From NCBI GenBank assembly GCA_025966135.1, contig JAOPVP010000046.1:152751-216750 (forward strand): a DNA stretch of 64,000 nucleotides, written 5' to 3'. Each line of letters opens with the position of its first letter. Position 1 is the first letter of the stretch. Under the pieces are notes generated by a model, which was given only the letters and a program-made list of their open reading frames with translations, was not told the DNA's origin and searched no databases. Shown piece after piece: positions 28,852 to 37,592 of this stretch. Origin of the DNA: Frankiales bacterium (GTDB taxonomy: Bacteria; Actinomycetota; Actinomycetes; Mycobacteriales; SCTD01). The translations under genes were made by a program, and so were the position numbers.

Positions 28852-30414
28852 TCACGCCCGGGTGACCGCCGCGCTGAGCAGCTTCTGGGCGAGCTCGGTA
28901 CCGCGGTCGGCGAAGGCGTGCTCGGAGAAGGTGTGCGCGCGTTCGACCGCGTTGGCCGACAGCTGTAGCCGCAGGGTGTCGTCCGCGGCGAGCTCGCGGG
29001 TGTGCTGCTGAAGCTGCTCGAGGGTGGAGAACAGGTAGCCGTCTGTGCCGTGCCGGACGATCTCCGGCTGCCCGGCCTTGTCGATGACGACCGGGACGCA
29101 GCCGGCGGCCATCGCCTCGACCGTGGTGATGCCGAAGTGTTCGAAGACCCACGGCCGAGTCTCGATGTCCTCGCCGAGACCGGTCGCGTGCCAGAACAGC
29201 CGGGCTGAGCCGAGCAGCTCCTCCACGACGGGGCGGGGGGCATTGGCGTGGATGTGGACGGGGAAACCCGCTGCCGCGGCGCGCACCTTCTCGAGGTAGT
29301 GCTCGTCCTCGGAGGAGCAGCCGCCGACGAGGTGGTACTCCCAACCGGCGAGCTCACCTCGGCGTTGCAGCTCGACGAACGTCTTCACCATCTCGAGCTG
29401 CTTCTTGTTGTGACCACGACCCCTCGCGAAGAAGCGGCCGATCGACAGGATCTGGTTCTTCTTCGGCGCCGGCGCGATCGCCTTCGTGTGCACAGGAGGG
29501 AACAACAGCTCCGAGGGCCGGTGCCACAGCCGGGTCACCCATTCCTCGGTGAAGGCGCTGATCGACACGATCTGCTGGTAGCTGTCGAGGAAGTCGGCGT
29601 GGTCGGTCTCGCGCCGCAGGTACGGCAGCCGGTAGCCCAGCCGCTCGCGCACCCGGAAGCGACCGCCGCCGAACTGGACGCGCGCGACAGCGACACCGAG
29701 CCGGCGGTTGTCGTTGGCGGTCGGCTCGAAGGTCGGCGCCAGCAGCCGGATCCGCTGCCGGGTACCGGACGGCGGGAGGGCGACGCGCACCCGGGAGAAG
29801 CCCTCACGGCGGACCGGCGCGGTGGTCAGAACCTCCCCCTCCACCTCGACCTGCAGCAGGCAGTCCTCGGGTGCGCCGGGACGGCCGACCTCGAGCCGCA
29901 GCTCGCGGGCCGGACCGGGGCTGAGCAGCAACTCGGCTGCCTCCGACGTCCAGGAGTAGCTGCGCCGTCGCCCGCCCTCGGGCGGGAACCAGCCGTGCTG
30001 GTACTCGTACGGGGTGCCGGTGGCCCGCACTGCCGGCCCGAGGGTGCGCGCGATCCGCTTCTGCAGTCGCGTCAAGTCGTGGTCCCACGGTGTCGGGAAG
30101 TAGACGACGTAGCTGCCGCGAGGTGCCTGAGACACGATCCGGCTCATGTAGGACGCGTTGACGAACACGTCGTAGTCCGCGGACAGGTCGGAGATCGCCT
30201 GCTCGCCGAGGTCCGGGACGAGCACCAGGTTGACGCCGGACATGGCGATCCCGAGGTGCTCCTGGAGCGTCCCGAGGTCGACCTCCCCGTGACCGATGAG
30301 GTCGACCTGGTCGAGCTGCTCGACGTGCTGGGCCAGCACGGCTGCCAGCATGCCGGTGTAGCGCTCGCCACCACCCAAGGTGTCGAGGTACCGGTTGTAG
30401 ACCCCAGCCCTCAT
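28852..30414 (-). CDS. Glycosyltransferase family 4 with an internal beta-domain insertion
   Basis: LGGGERY, LSIGRFF, HNKKQ, FWHATG, EHFGITTVEAMAAG. Confidence 0.9.
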   Translation of the reverse strand: MRAGVYNRYLDTLGGGERYTGMLAAVLAQHVEQLDQVDLIGHGEVDLGTLQEHLGIAMSGVNLVLVPDLGEQAISDLSADYDVFVNASYMSRIVSQAPRGSYVVYFPTPWDHDLTRLQKRIARTLGPAVRATGTPYEYQHGWFPPEGGRRRSYSWTSEAAELLLSPGPARELRLEVGRPGAPEDCLLQVEVEGEVLTTAPVRREGFSRVRVALPPSGTRQRIRLLAPTFEPTANDNRRLGVAVARVQFGGGRFRVRERLGYRLPYLRRETDHADFLDSYQQIVSISAFTEEWVTRLWHRPSELLFPPVHTKAIAPAPKKNQILSIGRFFARGRGHNKKQLEMVKTFVELQRRGELAGWEYHLVGGCSSEDEHYLEKVRAAAAGFPVHIHANAPRPVVEELLGSARLFWHATGLGEDIETRPWVFEHFGITTVEAMAAGCVPVVIDKAGQPEIVRHGTDGYLFSTLEQLQQHTRELAADDTLRLQLSANAVERAHTFSEHAFADRGTELAQKLLSAAVTRA

Positions 30415-30556
30415 CAGGCGCGCTCGGCAACAGGGCTGGGCGTTCGGATCACGTGCCTAGGCTAGCGGGGGCTGAGGTGAGTGGGTGTGCCCCCGCCGGC
30501 GGTGACTCGGTAGCGGGTAGCGTTCGCACGCGAAGACGACGCGACGAGCAGGGACT

Positions 30557-31543
30557 ATGACGAGCGCACTCATCACCGGCATCACCGGCCAGGACGGGCT
30601 CTACCTTGCCGAGCTCCTGCTCGCCAAGGGCTACGACGTCTACGGCCTGGTCCGCGGCCAGAACAACCCGAAGTTCGAGCTCGTGCGCGAGACCCTGCCT
30701 GACGTCAAGCTGCTGACCGGGGACCTCACGGACCTGTCCAGCCTGATGCGGGCGCTCGACGCGGCTACCCCACGCGAGGTCTACAACCTCGGTGCGATCT
30801 CGTTCGTGGCCTACTCGTGGGAGAACGCCCACGTCACCACGGAGGTGACGGCCAAGGGCGTGCTGAACATCCTCGAGGCGACGCGGCTGTTCGCCGGCAG
30901 CGACCCGGGCTCCGTCCGCTTCTACCAGGCGTCCAGCTCGGAGATGTTCGGCAAGGTGCAGCAGGTGCCGCAGAGCGAGGAGACCCTGCTGTGGCCTCGC
31001 TCGCCGTACGGTGTGGCCAAGGTCTTCGGCCACTACATGACGATCAACTACCGCGAGTCCTACGGCATGCATGCCTCCAGCGGCATCCTGTTCAACCACG
31101 AGTCGCCGCGCCGGGGGCCGGAGTTCGTCACCCGCAAGGTCAGCCAAGCCGTGGCGCGCATCTCCTTGGGCCTGCAGGGCAGCATCATCATGGGCAACCT
31201 CGACGCCAAGCGCGACTGGGGGTTCGCCGGGGACTACGTCGACGCAATGTGGCGGATGCTGCAGCAGGAGGAGGCCGCCGACTACGTCATCTCGACCGGG
31301 GAGACGCACAGCATCGGCGAGCTGCTCGACGCGGCCTTCTCGCGGGTCGGTATCGAGGACTGGAGCAAGTACGTACACCAGGACCCGCGTTTCATGCGAC
31401 CCGCCGAGGTGGACCTGCTCATCGGCGATGCCTCGAAGGCCGAGAGCCGGCTGGGCTGGAAGCCCACCGTGGGCTTCACCGAGCTGGTCAACATGATGGT
31501 CGACAGCGACGTGGAGCAGCAGAAGAAGCTCGCCGGCCTCTAG
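30557..31543 (+). CDS. gmd: GDP-mannose 4,6-dehydratase
   Basis: ITGITGQDGLYLA, YQASSSEMFG, PRSPYGVAK, LFNHESPRRG, FVTRKV, RDWG. Confidence 0.95.
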   Translation: MTSALITGITGQDGLYLAELLLAKGYDVYGLVRGQNNPKFELVRETLPDVKLLTGDLTDLSSLMRALDAATPREVYNLGAISFVAYSWENAHVTTEVTAKGVLNILEATRLFAGSDPGSVRFYQASSSEMFGKVQQVPQSEETLLWPRSPYGVAKVFGHYMTINYRESYGMHASSGILFNHESPRRGPEFVTRKVSQAVARISLGLQGSIIMGNLDAKRDWGFAGDYVDAMWRMLQQEEAADYVISTGETHSIGELLDAAFSRVGIEDWSKYVHQDPRFMRPAEVDLLIGDASKAESRLGWKPTVGFTELVNMMVDSDVEQQKKLAGL

Positions 31544-32515
31544 ATGCCCGCAGCTCTCATCACCGGCATCACCGGGCAGGACGGCGGCTACCTTGCCGAG
31601 CGCCTCCTGGCTGAGGACTACGCCGTACACGGTCTGGTCCACGATGGCGATCTCGGGGTCCCGGACCTGCTGCGGCGCTGCCCGTCGGTGGTCCTGCACC
31701 AGGGCGACCTCACCCATGAAGCCTCGCTGGCGGCCGTCGTCTCCGCCTCCGCGCCGGACGAGGTCTACAACCTGGCCGGCATCAGCTCCGTGGCGTTCTC
31801 CTGGGAGCAGCCAGTTCTCACGGCCGACGTCACCGCTCTCGGAGCGGCGCGCCTTCTCGAGCAGGTCTGGCAGTGCCAGGAGCGCACCGGCCGGCCGGTG
31901 CGCTTCGTGCAGGCCTCCTCCGCGGAGATCTTCGGGGACGCCGACGTCGCCCCGCAGGACGAGAGCACGCCGGTGCGACCCAGCAGCCCTTACGGCGCCT
32001 CGAAGGCGTTCGCGCACCAGCTGGTCGGCGTGTACCGCGGCCGCGGGCTCCACGCCGTGAGCGCGATCCTGTACAACCACGAGTCACCCCGCCGCCCCCC
32101 GACCTTCGTGACCCGCAAGATCACCCGGGCCGCCGCCCGGATCGCCCGGGGGCTCGAGCACGAGCTCGTGCTGGGCAACCTCGACGCCCGCCGCGACTGG
32201 GGTTGGGCGCCGGACTACGTCGACGCGATGGTCCGGGCGGCGAGGCACAGCGAGCCCGCCGACTACGTCGTGGCCACGGGTGAGGCCCACTCCGTCCGTG
32301 ACTTCGTCGCCGCGGCCTTCGCCCGTGCCGGGGTGGCGGAGTGGGGGACCCGGGTGCGGGTGGACCAGGCCCTCGTCCGCCCGTCCGACGCCGCGCTGCA
32401 GGTCGGCGACGCCACCCGGGCCCGAACCCGGCTCGGCTGGAAGCCGACGGTCGACTTCGACGAGCTCGTGGGCCGCATGGTCGAGGCCGACCTGCAGCAG
32501 GTGCCGGCCTCCTGA
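31544..32515 (+). CDS. Second Gmd-like NDP-sugar SDR (Gmd paralog, possibly an Rmd-type reductase)
   Basis: ITGITGQDGGYLA, QASSAEIFG, SPYGASK, YNHESPRR, RDWG. Confidence 0.85.
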   Translation: MPAALITGITGQDGGYLAERLLAEDYAVHGLVHDGDLGVPDLLRRCPSVVLHQGDLTHEASLAAVVSASAPDEVYNLAGISSVAFSWEQPVLTADVTALGAARLLEQVWQCQERTGRPVRFVQASSAEIFGDADVAPQDESTPVRPSSPYGASKAFAHQLVGVYRGRGLHAVSAILYNHESPRRPPTFVTRKITRAAARIARGLEHELVLGNLDARRDWGWAPDYVDAMVRAARHSEPADYVVATGEAHSVRDFVAAAFARAGVAEWGTRVRVDQALVRPSDAALQVGDATRARTRLGWKPTVDFDELVGRMVEADLQQVPAS

Positions 32516-32521
32516 GCCGGG

Positions 32522-33721
32522 TCAGGCAGGGATGGCGGGGAGCTCGGTGTGCTCGGTCCCGAACGGAACGGCCACGATCCCAGGCAGCTCGCCGCTGTGC
32601 ACCCGGAAGATCTCGTTGAAGGTGCGGGAGGCCGCCGGCGCGTCAGCGGTGGCGTCGTAGACGGCGACCGCGAGGCGGAACGACCCGTTCACCTGCGGCA
32701 CGCTGGGGACGACGAAGCGGATGCGGTATCGGCCCGGGCGGTCGCCGAGCCGGGCTGCCTCGGAGCTGCGCATCGACCAGATGGGGAAGTTGCCGGCGCC
32801 CATGACGACAACGACGACGTCACCGGTGTAGTCGGCGTCCTCCGCGACGTCGACGTCCACCCGCACGTGCAGCGGCTGCCCGGGCTCTGCGTCCTCGGTC
32901 GCGGGCCCGTCGACGGTGGCGCTGACGACGGCGTCCACGATCGTGATGCCCTGCTTCGGTGCGTAGTCCGGTGCCGGGGCGGGCTGGTCGGTACCGAGGA
33001 TCTTGCGCAACGTCCCGACCGCGAACTCGGGGTCGCCGTCGAACTGGATCTGCCCGTCGGCGACGACTACTGCCCGGGTGCACAGCTCCTCGACCAGACC
33101 CAGGGAGTGGGTGACGAGCAGGATGGTGCGGCCCGCTCGCTGGAACTCGGCGATCTTCGCCAGGCACTTGCGCTGGAATGCCTCGTCCCCGACCGCCAGC
33201 ACCTCGTCGACCAGGAGGACGTCGGGATCGACGTGGACGGCGATCGAGAAGCCCAGCTTGACGTACTCCCCGCTGGAGTAGTGCTTGACCGGGTCGTCGA
33301 TCCGCGCACCCTGCTCGGAGAACTCGATGATCGACTCGAGCATGTCGTCGACCTCACGCCGTCGGAGGCCGAGCAGCGCGGCGTTCAGGTAGATGTTCTC
33401 GCGGCCGCTCAGCTCGCCGTTGAACCCGGCCCCGAGCTCGAGCAGGCTGGCGACCCGGCCGATCACCTCCACGGTGCCGCTGGTCGGTTGCAGGATCCCC
33501 GCGAGCACCTTCAGCGTCGTGGACTTGCCGGCGCCATTGGGCCCGATGAGGCCGACGGTCTCGCCCTGGCCGATCGTCAGGTCGATGTCCTTGAGCGCCC
33601 AGAACTCGCCGCTGGGCGCCTTCGTGTTGCCGAGGAGGCGCTCCTTGAGCGAGGTCGCGTGCCCGCTGCTGTGGACGAACCGCTTGGAGACCCCGCGGGC
33701 GACGATGACGGCCCCGCTCAC
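32522..33721 (-). CDS. wzt: Polysaccharide ABC exporter ATP-binding protein with a C-terminal Wzt_C domain
   Basis: FWALKDI, GPNGAGKST, LLELGAGF, YSSG, DEVLAVGD; extra C-terminal beta-domain; GTGA-coupled to wzm. Confidence 0.92.
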   Translation of the reverse strand: MSGAVIVARGVSKRFVHSSGHATSLKERLLGNTKAPSGEFWALKDIDLTIGQGETVGLIGPNGAGKSTTLKVLAGILQPTSGTVEVIGRVASLLELGAGFNGELSGRENIYLNAALLGLRRREVDDMLESIIEFSEQGARIDDPVKHYSSGEYVKLGFSIAVHVDPDVLLVDEVLAVGDEAFQRKCLAKIAEFQRAGRTILLVTHSLGLVEELCTRAVVVADGQIQFDGDPEFAVGTLRKILGTDQPAPAPDYAPKQGITIVDAVVSATVDGPATEDAEPGQPLHVRVDVDVAEDADYTGDVVVVVMGAGNFPIWSMRSSEAARLGDRPGRYRIRFVVPSVPQVNGSFRLAVAVYDATADAPAASRTFNEIFRVHSGELPGIVAVPFGTEHTELPAIPA

Positions 33722-34602
33722 AGCTCTTCCGCGAAGTCGACCTGCATCCGGCGGAACAGCCGGCGCGCGAGCACCATCAAGACGATCGAGATGGCGAAGC
33801 CCATCGCGAGGTTGCGGAGGTAGAACACGTAGCCAGGGTCGGCGAGGGCGTGCCCGGGCAGGTGGGTGATCTTGTTGGTGTACGCGTCCTTGACGAAGAT
33901 GGCGCGCTGGAAGGACGTCACGACGGTCGCCATCGGGTTGAGGAAGTACGCCCAGTACCAGCCGTGCAGCCGCTGCTGGACAAGCGACGCGGGGTAGAGC
34001 ACGGGGTTGAGCCAGAACCAGACGAGCAAGGCGATCTCGACCACGTGCGCGGTGTCGCGGTAGCGGACGTTCAGGGCAGCCGCGATGTAGCTCAGCGAGG
34101 TGGCGAACAGCACCATCAAGGCGATCGCCGGAAGGATCAGCAGGAACGCCGGGCTGTAGACGTGCCGGAACGCGGCGGTGATCACCAGCACCGCGCCGAG
34201 CTGGAGGGCGAAGTGCATCATCGCGTAGCCCACGGCTGACAGTGGCAGCACCTGCAGCGGGAACCGCACCTTCTTCACGAGGCCGGAGTTGGCCACGACG
34301 GAGGTCGTACCCGTCATGACCGCGCCGGAGAAGGCGGTCCAGGGCAGCAGCCCGGCCACGATGAAGATCGCGAAGCCCGGGATCCCGTTGCGCAGCACGA
34401 CTGCGAAGACGAGGTAGTAGATCGCCATGAGCAGCAAGGGGTTGGCCAGGCTCCAGGCGAAGCCGAGGACGCTGCCCTGGTACTTGACCTTGAGGTCCTT
34501 GCGCACCAGCTCGGCGAGCAACTCCCAACGGACCCGGCGCTGGGCGTCGGCGCGCTGTCGAGCCACCAGCGGCGATGCCGCGGCGGGCAGTCCAGCGCTC
34601 AC
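33718..34602 (-). CDS. wzm: Polysaccharide ABC-2 exporter permease
   Basis: DLKVKYQGSVLGFAWSLANPL, KVRFP, RYRD, PVLY, LNPM; GTG after GGAAGG. Confidence 0.92.
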   Translation of the reverse strand: MSAGLPAAASPLVARQRADAQRRVRWELLAELVRKDLKVKYQGSVLGFAWSLANPLLLMAIYYLVFAVVLRNGIPGFAIFIVAGLLPWTAFSGAVMTGTTSVVANSGLVKKVRFPLQVLPLSAVGYAMMHFALQLGAVLVITAAFRHVYSPAFLLILPAIALMVLFATSLSYIAAALNVRYRDTAHVVEIALLVWFWLNPVLYPASLVQQRLHGWYWAYFLNPMATVVTSFQRAIFVKDAYTNKITHLPGHALADPGYVFYLRNLAMGFAISIVLMVLARRLFRRMQVDFAEEL

Positions 34603-34807
34603 GTGCCAGCCTTCCGGGGGGTTGATCGTCTGGTGCGCGCCCACCTCACCGCCGTGGCGACGGGAGGGACGACTCGCGCTGCAACACTATCGTGAGGCGG
34701 CGCGAAGGCCTGTGCCGACAGGTGTGCGGCGCTGCGGGTCGGCGACACCGGCAACGGAGTCTGCGCCGGTAAACTTCAGCCCTCTCCGAGTGATCGAGGT
34801 CGAACCC

Positions 34808-35827
34808 GTGCGTCTTGTGGTCCAGGTCCCCTGCCTGAACGAGGAGGACACGCTCCCGGCGGTCCTCGAGACGATCCCGAAGCAGATCCCCGGGATCGAC
34901 GAGATCATCGTCCTGATCATCGACGACGGGTCCAGCGACCGGACCGTCGAAGTAGCCGAGGCGCACGGCGTCAGGCACTTCGTGCGGCACGCCCGCAACC
35001 GAGGCCTGGGCCGGTCCTTCCACGACGGCGTACAGCGGGCGCTGGAGCTCGGCGCCGACATCGTGGTCAACACCGACGGCGACAACCAGTACCCGCAGGA
35101 CCGGATCGCCGACCTGGTGCAGCCCATCCTCGCGGGCACCGCGGACATCGTGATCGCGGACCGCCAGGTGCACCTGGTCGAGCACTTCTCCGGCCCGAAG
35201 GTCATGCTGCAGAAATTCGGCAGCAAGATCGTCAACAAGGCTGCGGGCACTGACCTGCCGGACGCGGCGAGCGGTTTCCGCGCCTACTCCCGCGACAGCC
35301 TGATGCTGCTCAACACGATCACGCGCTTCAGCTACTGCATGGAGACGATCATCCAGGCGGGCAACAAGAAGCTCGCCATCACCAGCGTGCCGATCCGCAC
35401 CAACCCCAAGACCCGCGAGTCGCGGCTGTTCAAGAGCACCTACCAGCACGTGCTCAAGTCGGCAGGTGCGATCATCCGTGCGTACATCATGTACAAGCCG
35501 TACGTCATCTTCAGCGCCTTCGCGGTGCTGTTCGGCGTTCTCGGCCTGGTGCCCTTCGTGCGGTATGCCGTGCTGCAGCTCGGCGACAACGTCGGCAGCC
35601 ACTTGCAGTCCCTGCTCGTGGGCGCGGTGCTGCTGGTCATGAGCTTCCTGAGCGTCATCATCGGGATCGTCGGCGACCTTCTGCGCACCAACAGGTCGCT
35701 CATCGAGGACACCCTGGAACACACCAAGAAGATGCGCTTCGGCTTGATCAACCCCGCCGACGTGGCGCCGGTCGAGGTCCCGGAGCAACAAGCCGCGACG
35801 CCGACTCGGCGTCGCAAGGCCAGCTAG
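34808..35827 (+). CDS. GT2 polyprenol-phosphate glycosyltransferase (DPM synthase/GtrB-like, two C-terminal TM helices)
   Basis: PCLNEE, DDGSSDRT, NTDGDNQY, DAASGFRAY, ESRL. Confidence 0.88.
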   Translation: MRLVVQVPCLNEEDTLPAVLETIPKQIPGIDEIIVLIIDDGSSDRTVEVAEAHGVRHFVRHARNRGLGRSFHDGVQRALELGADIVVNTDGDNQYPQDRIADLVQPILAGTADIVIADRQVHLVEHFSGPKVMLQKFGSKIVNKAAGTDLPDAASGFRAYSRDSLMLLNTITRFSYCMETIIQAGNKKLAITSVPIRTNPKTRESRLFKSTYQHVLKSAGAIIRAYIMYKPYVIFSAFAVLFGVLGLVPFVRYAVLQLGDNVGSHLQSLLVGAVLLVMSFLSVIIGIVGDLLRTNRSLIEDTLEHTKKMRFGLINPADVAPVEVPEQQAATPTRRRKAS

Positions 35828-36468
35828 CGGACCGTCGCCCAGACGATCGTCCAGGGGTACGGCGACGCGATCGCGCGGACATCAGCGACCTCGCTGACGA
35901 ACCGGCCGAAGCCGGACTTCGTCCAGTGGTTGAGATGGCCGGGGGTGTTGCCCAGGTCCTTCACGTAACGGCCGGTGACGAGGTTGGAGCCGCGGAAGAG
36001 CGGCTCCCGCGGGACACTCAGCAGCAGGTGGCGGCTGGTAACGCGGGCGAGCTCGCGCAGCCCCGCCCGCGGGTCGCTCAGGTGCTCGAGCACCTCGACG
36101 CAGACGAGCAGGTCGAACTGGTCGTCTCGGAAGGGCAGGTTCTCCGCGTCGCCGTGCAGGTAGTGCGGGCCGGGACGGCTGCGCCACTCCTCACGCAGGC
36201 CGGCGTCCGGCAGGTCGAGGCCGACCGCGGAGCCGAAGCGCTGCTTGAGCTTGAGGGAGATGACGCCCTCACCGGCGCCGACCTCGAGCGGGTTGGTCGC
36301 GGGCCTCGCGTCGGCGGCGATCTGTCCCACCAGGCCGTCGAGGCGGTCGACGAAGCGCTCCGTCAGCCACTTGATGGCCGGGTTCTTGGCCGTGTACTTC
36401 TGTGTGTGGTTCCCGATGACGACCCCGGGGGTCTCCGGGGATGTCTCGGCCGGAAGGGGCGCAGTCAT
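35824..36468 (-). CDS. Class I SAM-dependent methyltransferase
   Basis: LEVGAGEG, LPFRDDQFDLLVCVEVLEHL, SVPREP, PGHLNHW. Confidence 0.88.
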   Translation of the reverse strand: MTAPLPAETSPETPGVVIGNHTQKYTAKNPAIKWLTERFVDRLDGLVGQIAADARPATNPLEVGAGEGVISLKLKQRFGSAVGLDLPDAGLREEWRSRPGPHYLHGDAENLPFRDDQFDLLVCVEVLEHLSDPRAGLRELARVTSRHLLLSVPREPLFRGSNLVTGRYVKDLGNTPGHLNHWTKSGFGRFVSEVADVRAIASPYPWTIVWATVR

Positions 36469-36511
36469 GGAGGGCAGGCTACCGGGAGCTCCGGCACATT
36501 AGGCTCGCGGC

Positions 36512-37462
36512 GTGGCCGTCCGGGTGCTGTTCCGTCGGTTGCTGTCCCGGACCGTGCTGCGACGCGCCTTCCTGCTGCTGGCCGTCGTCGCGGTCGTGCT
36601 GGCGCTGCGCGCGGAAGGCTCAGCGCTGCGGACGTCGCTCGTGCGCACTGGTGTGCCCGCCGTTCTCGCGTCCTGTGCCGCCACGTTCGCCGGCCTGCTG
36701 GCCAGTGCCCTGTGCTGGCGGTCGCTGCTGGCCGGCCTCGGCACGGAGCTGTCGCCGAGGCTCGCCCTGCACGTGTTCTTCCTGGGACAGCTAGGCAAGT
36801 ACCTGCCTGGGAACGTGTTCGCCGTCGCCGCCCAGGCCGAGCTGGCTCGCGACCACGGTGTGGCGCGGAGCCGCATCGTCACAGCCGGACTCGTCTTCCT
36901 CGGGGTGCTGACCGTGACCGGCCTGCTCGTGGCCGTGGTCCTGCTGCCGATCGCCAGCCCCGACGTGCTGCGCCGCTACGCCTGGGTGTTGCTCGCCCTG
37001 CCGGTCGGGCTGCTTGCGCTGGTGCCGCAGGTCCTCAACCGACTGGTTGCGACCGCCCTCAAGGCGACCCGCCGCCCTCCCTTGGAGCAGCCGCTGTCCG
37101 CCCGGCACCTGGCGGCGGCGACCGGCTGGGCGCTGCTGATGTGGGCCTTCTACGGCCTGCACCTGCTGCCGCTTGTTCTGGCTCAGCCGCACGACCGGGC
37201 TGCCAACGTGGTGCTCGTCGCCACCGGCGGGTACGCGCTCGCGTGGACCGCCGGCTTCCTGTTCGTGGTCGCCCCTGCCGGGGCCGGCATCCGCGAGGCT
37301 GTGCTGGTGCTGGCGCTGGCTGGTATCGCTGACCGGCCCGCGGCTCTCGCCGTCGCGCTGCTCAGTCGAGGGATACAGACCCTTGGCGACGTCGTCTGGG
37401 CGGTTGTCGGGGCGGCCCTCAGACAGAAGCCGGTGGCACCGGTGGGTACGTCAACTGGGTGA
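36512..37462 (+). CDS. Lysylphosphatidylglycerol synthase TM / flippase-like membrane protein
   Basis: GQLGKYLPG and PAGAGIREA motifs, multiple TM helices. Confidence 0.82.
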   Translation: MAVRVLFRRLLSRTVLRRAFLLLAVVAVVLALRAEGSALRTSLVRTGVPAVLASCAATFAGLLASALCWRSLLAGLGTELSPRLALHVFFLGQLGKYLPGNVFAVAAQAELARDHGVARSRIVTAGLVFLGVLTVTGLLVAVVLLPIASPDVLRRYAWVLLALPVGLLALVPQVLNRLVATALKATRRPPLEQPLSARHLAAATGWALLMWAFYGLHLLPLVLAQPHDRAANVVLVATGGYALAWTAGFLFVVAPAGAGIREAVLVLALAGIADRPAALAVALLSRGIQTLGDVVWAVVGAALRQKPVAPVGTSTG

Positions 37463-37527
37463 TGTCCTGGGTAGGGCGACCCGCCCGTTATGTGCGAACC
37501 TGCAGGTCAGCGGCTGTATCAGCGGGG

Positions 37528-37554
37528 TCAAGGGATCCGGCGAAGCGGCCGAAG
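37528..37554 (+). promoter_or_regulatory. Candidate sigma-28 (FliA/WhiG-type) promoter of the SpoIID gene
   Basis: TCAAG - 15 nt - GCCGAAG, about 40 nt upstream of the GTG start. Confidence 0.55.
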
Positions 37555-37592
37555 CGATACGTACTGCCCCTCGACCCCTGGAGTCCACCGCC

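Noticed and set aside
32522-34528. Apparent 668-aa Wzt with a long N-terminal extension (possible wzm-wzt fusion)
   Set aside because: The extension is an off-frame read of wzm; wzt starts at the GTG overlapping the wzm stop (33721)
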